From the IMG/VR virus record IMGVR_UViG_3300038679_000357, positions 32,001-96,000 of that record: a stretch of DNA of 64,000 nt. One strand, written 5' to 3'. Positions within the stretch are counted from its first letter, which is position 1. The number at the start of each line of letters is the position of its first letter. This DNA comes from a virus (Duplodnaviria > Caudoviricetes). The notes beneath the pieces were generated by a model. It saw only the letters and a program-made list of their open reading frames with translations, did no database searches and was not told the origin of the DNA. Below, in pieces: positions 1-7,030 of the stretch. The translations under genes and the position numbers were made by a program.

Positions 1-43
1 CTGCTTGCAAAGCAGACGCTCTAGCCAACTGAGCTAAGGCCCC
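1..43 (-). tRNA. tRNA-Ala(TGC), 5' part only (cut by window edge)
   Basis: Minus strand GGGGCCTTAGCTCAGTTGGCTAGAGCG, then anticodon arm TCTGC-TT-TGC-AA-GCAG; runs off position 1. Confidence 0.9.
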
Positions 44-72
44 ATTGAATATCCAAAATAATTAACAATTGG

Positions 73-666
73 TTATTTTTTGCTTCGATTGAATCTCTTG
101 CTCTTCCCTTTATTCAAATTTCCATAAGTCTCGGTCAAGCTATGACAATTAGGACATATAAGCTCTATGTTGGAAGGTCTACTGTTTGAACAATCACCAT
201 CTATATGATGAACTGTAAGTGGAACCTTTTTTGTATGTTCGTTCATCTTATTCCACCCGCATTTTTGGCAACAATTATTATACTTTTCCAACAACCACCT
301 TCTAACATAATTAGAAACTGCAATTGTGGAATCATTATTCGCGTTGCCACTTTCCTCACCAGAAAGCCATCGATCGATGTACTTCAGATAGCGATAATCG
401 CAACTGCATTTAGACGAGCAAAAAGTATTTTTTCTTTGTTTATTATCGCCTCCACAATGAAGACATTTGGAAGTCCCCTTCCTTTTCTTCCTGGCGTTGT
501 TGTAGGAGGCCGAGCATGAAGAATTACAAAATTTTCTTTTCTTTGTATCACTAGGCTTTTCATACCCCTTTACCGTCAAGATTTCGCCACAATACAGACA
601 AAAACACGGATCGTTATCGTATTTCTCCAAAGCTCTTTTTCTTAGTACACCGATACTGTCTGACAT
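73..666 (-). CDS. HNH homing endonuclease with N-terminal Cys-rich zinc-finger repeats
   Basis: HHIDGDCSNSRPSNIELICPNCHS HNH motif; CxxC/FCxxxC repeats. ATG at 666 follows AGGAGA, preferred over TTG at 672. Confidence 0.9.
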   Translation of the reverse strand: MSDSIGVLRKRALEKYDNDPCFCLYCGEILTVKGYEKPSDTKKRKFCNSSCSASYNNARKKRKGTSKCLHCGGDNKQRKNTFCSSKCSCDYRYLKYIDRWLSGEESGNANNDSTIAVSNYVRRWLLEKYNNCCQKCGWNKMNEHTKKVPLTVHHIDGDCSNSRPSNIELICPNCHSLTETYGNLNKGKSKRFNRSKK

Positions 667-679
667 TTTCAATCTCCTG

Positions 680-709
680 AAGTTATTCAGGAGTATTCCG
701 AAATGTCAA
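680..709 (-). promoter_or_regulatory. Putative sigma70-type promoter for the HNH gene
   Basis: Perfect TTGACA (709-704); weak -10 (TAACTT) 18 nt downstream. Confidence 0.35.
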
Positions 710-746
710 CGACAATCCCTTTGTTGATATAGTAGCAATTTCGACT

Positions 747-820
747 TGGAGCGTCCAGCGGGAATCGAACCCGCCTGACCAGCTTGGGAAGCTGGGACAT
801 TACCACTATGCTATGGACGC
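747..820 (-). tRNA. tRNA-Gly(CCC)
   Basis: Cloverleaf GCGTCCA...TGGACGC-T-CCA; anticodon arm CCAGC-TT-CCC-AA-GCTGG; T-loop TTCGATT. Confidence 0.95.
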
Positions 821-878
821 ACGGCTCCCGGTCGAGCAGGAGCTAATGCCCTTCATCCGACTACGCTCTCGACAGCTT
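821..878 (-). ncRNA. Conserved structured leader directly 5' of tRNA-Gly(CCC), copy 1
   Basis: Near-identical to 973-1031; interleaved stems GTCGAG/CTCGAC and GCTCC/GGAGC. Confidence 0.5.
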
Positions 879-898
879 CCGCGCCGGATGAAGAGACT

Positions 899-972
899 TG
901 GAGCGTCCGGCGGGAATTGAACCCGCCTATCCACGTTGGCAACGTGGAGCATTACCACTATGCTACGGACGC
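899..972 (-). tRNA. tRNA-Gly(GCC)
   Basis: Cloverleaf GCGTCCG...CGGACGC-T-CCA; anticodon arm CCACG-TT-GCC-AA-CGTGG. Confidence 0.95.
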
Positions 973-1031
973 ACGGCTCCCGGTCGAGCAGGAGCTTAAT
1001 ACCCTTCACCGTACTACGCTCTCGACAGCTT
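973..1031 (-). ncRNA. Conserved structured leader directly 5' of tRNA-Gly(GCC), copy 2
   Basis: About 4 differences from 821-878; the same two stems are intact. Confidence 0.5.
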
Positions 1032-1078
1032 ACATGCACTGTGTCAATGATACTCGGTAGAGTATCCACACTTTCTAC

Positions 1079-1107
1079 ACGTTAGATTCCTCTGCGTTGA
1101 TTGTCAA
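1079..1107 (-). promoter_or_regulatory. Putative sigma70-type promoter for the tRNA-Gly pair
   Basis: TTGACA-N17-TAACGT. Confidence 0.5.
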
Positions 1108-1292
1108 GTGGTCTCGACATCTTCGGCGTTCCGATACTTTTTCGTTAACATAAGTTAACAAATGCATGATAGATGTTTAGTCCATCAAGGGGGTATCTCC
1201 CAAAGAAAGTTGCTGCGAACAGCGACTTTCGCATGGCTTGGTGGTCGTTTCGGTATGCCTTCTGGATACTGAGAAACAACTAGCTGACAGTG

Positions 1293-1321
1293 ATTGTCGG
1301 AAAACCGATGCAATATGTCAA
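1293..1321 (-). promoter_or_regulatory. Putative sigma70-type promoter upstream of a structured non-coding segment
   Basis: TTGACA-N17-GACAAT. Confidence 0.45.
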
Positions 1322-1466
1322 CCATAATCTCTCAAATTCATAGAGCCAATCTGCATGAAATTCAAGAACATAGAAAGATAAATCAAAAAATTATTCAACA
1401 GTTAAACAACCCTTTCGGGTATCGTTCCGTTTTTACGATCGGGCGTCCATTTGCCCACACTTCGGT

Positions 1467-1542
1467 TGGAGCCCGCGCCCGGAATTGGACCGGGGACCTT
1501 CAACTTACCAAGTTGACGCTCTACCAACTGAGCTACGTGGGC
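1467..1542 (-). tRNA. tRNA-Thr(GGT)
   Basis: Cloverleaf; anticodon arm TCAAC-TT-GGT-AA-GTTGA; CCA end; T-loop is the variant TCCAATT. Confidence 0.93.
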
Positions 1543-1554
1543 ATTAAAAAGAAT

Positions 1555-1721
1555 CCGACCGACCGGCGGGAGTCGAACCCGCAAATAATGCCCGCGTTGG
1601 ACTGCAGACATTTGGACGGTTTTTGCCATGATTCCAAACTACGCAGGATCGCCCTGCGCGGTCATTCCTTGTTAACGGCTTGACCTCGACCGTGTATGCC
1701 ATTTCCACCACGGTCAGTCGG
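1555..1721 (-). ncRNA. 167-nt tRNA-like RNA (D-arm and T-arm, 11-bp terminal stem, several internal hairpins, no CCA)
   Basis: CCGACTGACCG pairs with CGGTCGGTCGG; Leu/Ser-like D-arm TGGTGGAAATGGCATACAC; T-arm GCGGG-TTCGACT-CCCGC. Confidence 0.65.
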
Positions 1722-1734
1722 CTTCTTTGATTAT

Positions 1735-2391
1735 TTATTCCTTAGACAATTCGACGTTCCAGTACAATCTTGACAAGAACCTTTCCCACTGTTGTGGTAT
1801 TTGGATCGGAGCGATAATCTTCCGAGAGCGCCGACTGTTTCTAATTTCAGTTGAAGTTGGCACATACGGCTTTTTCATCAGCTTCATGCCAGCTTCGTCT
1901 GGGAGCATGTCCTTCTTCTTATCGTTGCAAGAAATACAGGAGAGGACGATGTTCGTCCATTCTGTACGTCCGCCACGACACCTTGGAATGACGTGATCGA
2001 GATTCAAGGTCGTTTCTTCCTCGGTTGCGCCACAGTATTGACACTTATGGCGGTCTCGAATAAAAAGATTTATCCTTGAGAATCTCGCTGGGAGTTTGCC
2101 ATTCTTGCCGTCCAACCGACTACAGGTTGAGGCATGGTTGTAATAACGAAGAGCGATAACATGCGGGACTGGCAGTTCTCCAGAAGCGAGTTTAATCACT
2201 TCCTTTTCAGAGGCAATGCAAAGATCCTTTGCAGCCTGCCAATCTCCGAGCCACTCATCGAACGACCTTGCCTGGTCGTATTCATCGATGACATCAGCTC
2301 TTTCATTATAGAGGAGTTGTACGGCTCTGTGTAGAGAAACGGAATAGACAGCCTGCCGCAAGGCGTCTAACACCAACACTGGATGTTTCAT
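1735..2391 (-). CDS. HNH endonuclease (McrA/COG1403-like, VLVL N-terminal type)
   Basis: RDRHKCQYCG...LDHVIPRCRGGRTEWTNIVLSCISCNDKK. Confidence 0.92.
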   Translation of the reverse strand: MKHPVLVLDALRQAVYSVSLHRAVQLLYNERADVIDEYDQARSFDEWLGDWQAAKDLCIASEKEVIKLASGELPVPHVIALRYYNHASTCSRLDGKNGKLPARFSRINLFIRDRHKCQYCGATEEETTLNLDHVIPRCRGGRTEWTNIVLSCISCNDKKKDMLPDEAGMKLMKKPYVPTSTEIRNSRRSRKIIAPIQIPQQWERFLSRLYWNVELSKE

Positions 2392-2455
2392 GGCATGTCC
2401 TTTTTCGTTGTTTCCCTACTCCGTTATTCAACGGGAGATAGGCGGTTTCTTGTTT

Positions 2456-2544
2456 TGGTGGGTGCTGAAGGAGTTGAACCTTCCGCCCGCCGCCGCACAT
2501 ATTAAAGGCGCGGGTTTTACAGACCCGCGTGTGGAACAGCACCC
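2456..2544 (-). tRNA. Atypical D-armless tRNA-Tyr(GTA)-like gene
   Basis: Acceptor GGGTGCT/AGCACCC-A-CCA; 6-bp anticodon stem GCGGGT-CT-GTA-AA-ACCCGC; T-arm GAAGG-TTCAACT-CCTTC; only 9 nt where the D-arm should be; 26-nt variable region. Confidence 0.7.
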
Positions 2545-3020
2545 ATTTTTCTTCCAGGGCAATAAGTTTCAGTCTGAGAGTGACAATTAGGGCATAAGAT
2601 GCGTAAATTTTGCATTCTATTATCGCGTGAATCTCCATTTATATGGTCTAAATGCAAAACCAACTTTTTTCCCCTCCACATTGGTAGTAACCCACATTCG
2701 CTACACTCATTCTTCAGAATGTCCAATTTGAATAGCTTGTGCTTCAAATTATGAGACGTCCATCCGGGACCATCCTTTACAAGAACATCTTTTATGAATT
2801 GTTCCTTGGAACGACAACCCTTCAGGGCACTAGCTCGATTGCGCTCTGATATGTCGAAATGGGAAGTGTTTATTCCATAAGATAGAACCTTTTTGCGAAA
2901 AATCTCATAATTACTCCCTCTCGGAATAAGACCCATGGATCGCATCGCTTCAGATATTGAATTGCTTTTAGAAATTGCTTCTGCAATTTCTTCCCTACTG
3001 TATGGAGCTTTTCTTGGCAT
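2517..3020 (-). CDS. HNH homing endonuclease with N-terminal helical domain
   Basis: LHLDHINGDSRDNRMQNLRILCPNCHSQT. ATG at 3020 follows GGAAGGTG; the longer ORF call starts inside a tRNA. Stop codon lies in the anticodon loop of the Tyr-like tRNA. Confidence 0.9.
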   Translation of the reverse strand: MPRKAPYSREEIAEAISKSNSISEAMRSMGLIPRGSNYEIFRKKVLSYGINTSHFDISERNRASALKGCRSKEQFIKDVLVKDGPGWTSHNLKHKLFKLDILKNECSECGLLPMWRGKKLVLHLDHINGDSRDNRMQNLRILCPNCHSQTETYCPGRKMGAVPHAGL

Positions 3021-3034
3021 AAACACCTTCCTTC

Positions 3035-3111
3035 TGGTATCCCGAGTGGGACTCGAACCCACACCATTGGGAGCTTAAATCCCATGCATCTGCCAATTGT
3101 GCTACCGGGAC
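3035..3111 (-). tRNA. tRNA-Leu(TAA) with short variable loop
   Basis: 77 nt; anticodon arm TGGGA-TT-TAA-GC-TCCCA; variable loop ATGGT; CCA. Confidence 0.88.
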
Positions 3112-3122
3112 GATCTTGATGC

Positions 3123-3198
3123 TGGAGCCAGCGATCGGATTTGAACCGATGACATCCTGCTTACAAGGCAGGTGCTCTACCAACTGAGCTACGCAGGC
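3123..3198 (-). tRNA. tRNA-Thr(TGT)
   Basis: Anticodon arm CCTGC-CT-TGT-AA-GCAGG; CCA. Confidence 0.95.
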
Positions 3199-3234
3199 AA
3201 TCTAAGATACCAATTAAATCACGAAATTCAATAT

Positions 3235-3311
3235 TGGTACCGCAGGGGGGACTCGAACCCCCAACATTCAGATTTTGAATCTGACGCGACTGCCAATTGC
3301 ACCACTGCGGC
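3235..3311 (-). tRNA. tRNA-Leu(CAA) with short variable loop
   Basis: 77 nt; anticodon arm TCAGA-TT-CAA-AA-TCTGA; variable loop ATGTT; CCA. Confidence 0.9.
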
Positions 3312-3317
3312 ATGAAA

Positions 3318-3394
3318 TGGTCGGTCCGGCGAGAATTGAACTCGCGACCTTCTGCTCCCAAGGCAGACGCGCTACCAAACTGCGCTACGAACCG
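3318..3394 (-). tRNA. tRNA-Pro(TGG)
   Basis: CGGTTCG...CGGACCG-A-CCA; anticodon arm TCTGC-CT-TGG-GA-GCAGA. Confidence 0.95.
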
Positions 3395-3408
3395 ACTGAA
3401 AAGAAACG

Positions 3409-3442
3409 CTGGACGCTCTAACATTTTCTGAGCTATCTCCTG
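3409..3442 (-). pseudogene. tRNA 5'-half remnant
   Basis: CAGGAGA-TA-GCTC-AGAAAATGTTA-GAGC-G-TCCAG: acceptor 5' strand plus D-arm, with no closing anticodon stem or T-arm. Confidence 0.5.
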
Positions 3443-3446
3443 GCGC

Positions 3447-3522
3447 TGGTGGGCGGTAAAGGACTTGAACCTTTATTTTGGCGTTCGTAGCGCCATGTCC
3501 TATCCTGTTGAACGAACTGCCC
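3447..3522 (-). tRNA. tRNA-Arg(ACG)
   Basis: GGGCAGT...ACCGCCC-A-CCA; anticodon arm TGGCG-CT-ACG-AA-CGCCA. Confidence 0.9.
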
Positions 3523-4159
3523 ATGTTGATTTTACCTTGTCAACCCATCCTTGCAATCTATTACGAAGGGTCGTATCGTTGACGGAAACAGAGACAATGC
3601 CATACTGCGATCTCCTATTGGATACTTGCTTTTTTTCTTGGAAATGTATGTCATCTTGATGAACTCCAAGGGCATCAGCCCAAAAATCTCTCAGCTTTGG
3701 CAGCTCGCTCTTCTCGCACCACAATCTAATTTTCACCCTTCTGACCGAAAACAATTTAAGATGTTCGAAGCACAATAAAATAATCAAAGGATCTGTATTG
3801 GCTACCATTACAGAGTTTTTCGATCTCCGATGTCCCTCTCCAATATAAATACACACAAAGTCTCTCACAAGGAGATTTTTCTCCATTAACACATCGGCTT
3901 CATCCCACCCTGCTTTGTACGCTGCCTCTCTCTGCAAACGCCACTTCCACTGAGTGTCTCTCCCCTTGGTCTTCTCACCATTTTTTCTCCTAGCCCTCTG
4001 CTGAATATTTTCGCCATCAATTTCAGGGACGTCCATATCTTTTATCCAGCTATAAACAGTTGCCTTAGATGCCCCGAATGTTTGTACAAGAGTAGGGAGA
4101 GACGCTCCTTGACTTCTCATTCTTCTCACTTCTTGGATAATCTCATTTCCGTATTTCAT
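3500..4159 (-). CDS. HTH plus LAGLIDADG-like homing endonuclease
   Basis: N-terminal HTH (GASLPTLVQTFGASKATVYSW); IYIGEG...VANTDP...FWADALG...YG pattern of single-motif LAGLIDADG proteins; 3' end overlaps tRNA-Arg. Confidence 0.7.
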   Translation of the reverse strand: MKYGNEIIQEVRRMRSQGASLPTLVQTFGASKATVYSWIKDMDVPEIDGENIQQRARRKNGEKTKGRDTQWKWRLQREAAYKAGWDEADVLMEKNLLVRDFVCIYIGEGHRRSKNSVMVANTDPLIILLCFEHLKLFSVRRVKIRLWCEKSELPKLRDFWADALGVHQDDIHFQEKKQVSNRRSQYGIVSVSVNDTTLRNRLQGWVDKVKSTWAVRSTG

Positions 4160-4255
4160 TTGAACCTCTGAGTATTTGATTCACACGACAAATGTCGCAG
4201 GTTTACTCAGACATGATTCTGGGTGAAATATCATTTTCCCTCTTTTGAAGACTGA

Positions 4256-4332
4256 TGGTCAACATGACTGGATTTGAACCAGCGACTTCTTGCTCCCAAG
4301 GCAAGCGCTCTACCAAGCTGAGCCACATGTTG
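4256..4332 (-). tRNA. tRNA-Pro(TGG), second copy
   Basis: CAACATG/CATGTTG-A-CCA; anticodon arm CTTGC-CT-TGG-GA-GCAAG. Confidence 0.92.
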
Positions 4333-4477
4333 ACAACGGCGGACGCCGATCGTCCGCCGGTTATCAATATCGAACACAGCACTCGTTGGCGGAGAGTGCT
4401 GTAGACTACTGCAAGTTGTCAATGAACCCGCTCGATTTCACTAGGATCTCCTATCTTCGTGAGGGTCGGCAACCCTG

Positions 4478-4515
4478 AAAAACTTGAAGCCCGGAACCTT
4501 TTGGCTCCGGGCTTC
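4478..4515 (-). terminator. Putative intrinsic terminator
   Basis: 10-bp stem GAAGCCCGGA/TCCGGGCTTC followed by AAGTTTTT on the minus strand. Confidence 0.6.
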
Positions 4516-4759
4516 TTAAAGCTTCCTGGAATTTTTCCTACTTCACCAGGTACTCAAAAGATCGGAGCCGTCTACCGTAAGTGGTAGATAACCGAACACG
4601 AATAACCCAACATGGGCTGCTCGTGCGGCGGGCTTTTGTTCTTTTGTGGTGATAATCATTTTCGGACATTCCTTAGTTGCGGCTGCATGCCGCGTTGTTT
4701 TCTGAAAACAATATAGGCTCGATAAACGACATTATCAACCTCTACTGCAAAAAAAACTT

Positions 4760-6091
4760 TTAACTCACTGATCGAGCAAAGTTAATCGCCGCCTGACGAG
4801 CTTCCTGCAGTGTCTCGATTGGCTTCTTGCCGCATTTCCTATATGGAACGGAACTATCAGTGCAAGTTCCTTCTTCATAGAGCATATCACCGAGCTTGAA
4901 CCCGCAGATTGCCCAATGACTCCATCCATACCATTTTTTATCTTTTGTGCTATATCCGATTGAGCACACGGAATGATCAGGAGATGCTTTTTCTGGTCGA
5001 ATTCCTTTCGTGGTGCAAATGAAGTGTGCTTCCTTAGAATTTCCGATGAAATCTCCAGATGGATTATAAGCCATCCTTTCCATAACTATATCTTCGCCAT
5101 CGAGCGTCCAAACTTCATCCCGAAGAATATATCCAGATCGATAGCGACGCTCACGAATAACCTTTTTCGTTTCAACGCCACTAGCAATTTTCAAAAGTGG
5201 AATCGAATCTACACAGGCAGCGACAATGCTTACGGCGTCATCATCGCGTTCTGGAATATCGATCTCCCCCTCCTCATCAACGTCAATGTCAACAATATTT
5301 ACCTCGTTGTCGTTCGCCTGAACAGTTATCTCAACTGCTTCCGAGGTGACATAGTTCAACGCGATATACTTAACGTTCTTCTTGGATGAGCCCCAGGCAA
5401 ATATTTCAGTGGAAGCATCCCACATTCTGGATGCAAGCTGAGTAGATAGCTCTGCTGCCGCGCAAGAAGGATTTTCCATAGCGACAGGCATTACATCGAG
5501 AAACATTGGTTTCATCGCCTCAACTGCGGCAGCCAATCCGTCGAAATGTCCACGCGGAAGGGCGCATGCTTTTTTGATACCTGTAGGCATTGCTCCCATG
5601 GAAGGCAGTGAATAGAACTCTTTAATGACCCGGACAATGGAGTATTTATTGAGAGAATCTTGATGTAGTTTGATCGCTCCACCGTCTCTTACGGTCAAAG
5701 ATGCAGACATGTTCCCGTTACCAACACATCTTTGCAGGGTCATAAGTTGATCAACTGTTGGTTCTTTTCCGATCTCCACATACACATCGCCACCGACAAT
5801 AGAGAAGCGGATGCCGCCATCGCGTTCAAACATCAGTATGGCTTCATACTTTTCCAAGTATCCGTCCGTATCATACGCTTGAGCAATGGAGCCATGATCG
5901 ATATCGCGATGATACCCGCTTTCAGATCCATTGAGCATTTTTCCATCTGGAATAATCCAGATGGCCATTGATGGGTCATTCGTTACGCCGAAAAGATCCT
6001 TAGCCCTCGTCATGACATCGCCAGTAGAAATGGGTAATTCATCAGTCGGAGTGTCTTCCTGATTTTGTCCAAATTTATCAAACCAAGTCAT
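4760..6091 (-). CDS. Multi-domain hypothetical phage protein
   Basis: 443-aa ORF with SD GGAG; N-terminal WIIPDG...R-DIDH and C-terminal CSIGYS...KWYGWSHWA motifs resemble recurrent large-phage hypothetical domains (from memory). Confidence 0.75.
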   Translation of the reverse strand: MTWFDKFGQNQEDTPTDELPISTGDVMTRAKDLFGVTNDPSMAIWIIPDGKMLNGSESGYHRDIDHGSIAQAYDTDGYLEKYEAILMFERDGGIRFSIVGGDVYVEIGKEPTVDQLMTLQRCVGNGNMSASLTVRDGGAIKLHQDSLNKYSIVRVIKEFYSLPSMGAMPTGIKKACALPRGHFDGLAAAVEAMKPMFLDVMPVAMENPSCAAAELSTQLASRMWDASTEIFAWGSSKKNVKYIALNYVTSEAVEITVQANDNEVNIVDIDVDEEGEIDIPERDDDAVSIVAACVDSIPLLKIASGVETKKVIRERRYRSGYILRDEVWTLDGEDIVMERMAYNPSGDFIGNSKEAHFICTTKGIRPEKASPDHSVCSIGYSTKDKKWYGWSHWAICGFKLGDMLYEEGTCTDSSVPYRKCGKKPIETLQEARQAAINFARSVS

Positions 6092-6100
6092 TGTGTCTCC

Positions 6101-6406
6101 TCAGATAGTTGGCGGCTTCCCATACATTACAGAATACATATGCAAAATCCTGTCAAATCTAGGTTTGAGAATTGGAGGAAGAAGATTCTTGAATACCGCC
6201 AACCCATCTCGATCGTTCTTTGACAATCTATCGACAATGTAATTAAATAGTAAATCATCGCACATCGTTTCCGTATGATCAATCTCTTTCTGCATTTCTG
6301 AGATAGACTGAATATACGACTTCAAATGTGCGACGACTTCATTTCTTTCGGCAGCCCGACGCTCGCGCAAGGCACTTGCCAATTCATACCTGACGTCGTC
6401 TGGCAA
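6101..6406 (-). CDS. Hypothetical protein
   Basis: Fills the gap between neighbours on the coding strand; TTG start after AGGA. Confidence 0.65.
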   Translation of the reverse strand: MPDDVRYELASALRERRAAERNEVVAHLKSYIQSISEMQKEIDHTETMCDDLLFNYIVDRLSKNDRDGLAVFKNLLPPILKPRFDRILHMYSVMYGKPPTI

Positions 6407-6442
6407 TTAAAATTTCCTATTTTGACGCCGGTTTGATCCGGA

Positions 6443-7030
6443 TCATTGAGAGGAACCGCACGAATCAATCATCGCCATCACAACATCAACCTTTTGATAA
6501 AGATCTTCAAAAGAACCGTCATTGACGACAAGAAAATCATACTTCAATTCATCAATTGCCGATTCTGAAGCATGATTTGCGATACCGGACGGCGCTCCGT
6601 TTCCAACATCTGGACGAACGACCTTAATGAAGAGTGATTTTCTACCACATTCTGCAAGATATTTCTTCAATCCATCAACTTCATTATGGAAACGGACATC
6701 AGCAATCACCGACAAGGGGCTTTTCATCGACCTGGAAACGCAATTCTTGACCCATATATTCTCATCAACTTGCACTCGGAACAATTCAGTTCCGACGAAC
6801 TGCAGTAATTTTCTTACAGTCCATCCTTCCCATCCGACAAGGGGTTCTTCACGCTTTTCCCTATCGTACATCGTCTCATTGTCGATGTCGAAAATAATTT
6901 GAACCGCTTTTTTCAGCGGATCAGCAAGGGCGATTTTTGAGAAGCCATAACGCCGAACTATGTAATCAGCTACGGTGTCTTTGCCTGAACCTGCCTTGCC
7001 AATCATTCCAATCGTGATTTGGTTATTCAT
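6443..7030 (-). CDS. Deoxynucleoside monophosphate kinase (T4 gp1-like)
   Basis: GKAGSGKDT P-loop, ALADPLK, RKLLQFVGTE, IADVRF.NE, HASE. Confidence 0.9.
   Translation of the reverse strand: MNNQITIGMIGKAGSGKDTVADYIVRRYGFSKIALADPLKKAVQIIFDIDNETMYDREKREEPLVGWEGWTVRKLLQFVGTELFRVQVDENIWVKNCVSRSMKSPLSVIADVRFHNEVDGLKKYLAECGRKSLFIKVVRPDVGNGAPSGIANHASESAIDELKYDFLVVNDGSFEDLYQKVDVVMAMIDSCGSSQ

Noticed and set aside
821-878. Twister or HDV/theta ribozyme identity for the tRNA-Gly leader
   Set aside because: GAAGGG and TAA recall twister, but the UCCY-AA-GC loop and P2 pairing are missing. There is no HDV P3 and it lies on the wrong side of the tRNA. Kept only as an unassigned element.
1555-1721. tmRNA or tRNA-Sec identity
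   Set aside because: It has a D-stem, no CCA and no tag ORF, and no TCA in a proper 7-nt anticodon loop.
1-4332. Suppressor tRNAs or stop-codon recoding
   Set aside because: No CTA/TTA/TCA anticodons, and long genes are intact in the standard code with tightly coupled stops and starts.
4394-4422. TTGACA promoter upstream of tRNA-Pro
   Set aside because: No acceptable -10 hexamer at 16-18 nt spacing.
806-4478. Short ORFs overlapping tRNA genes (806-1069, 1294-1683, 1402-1629, 2306-2638, 2870-3085, 2995-3183, 3161-3424, 4231-4422)
   Set aside because: They are translations of structured RNA genes.
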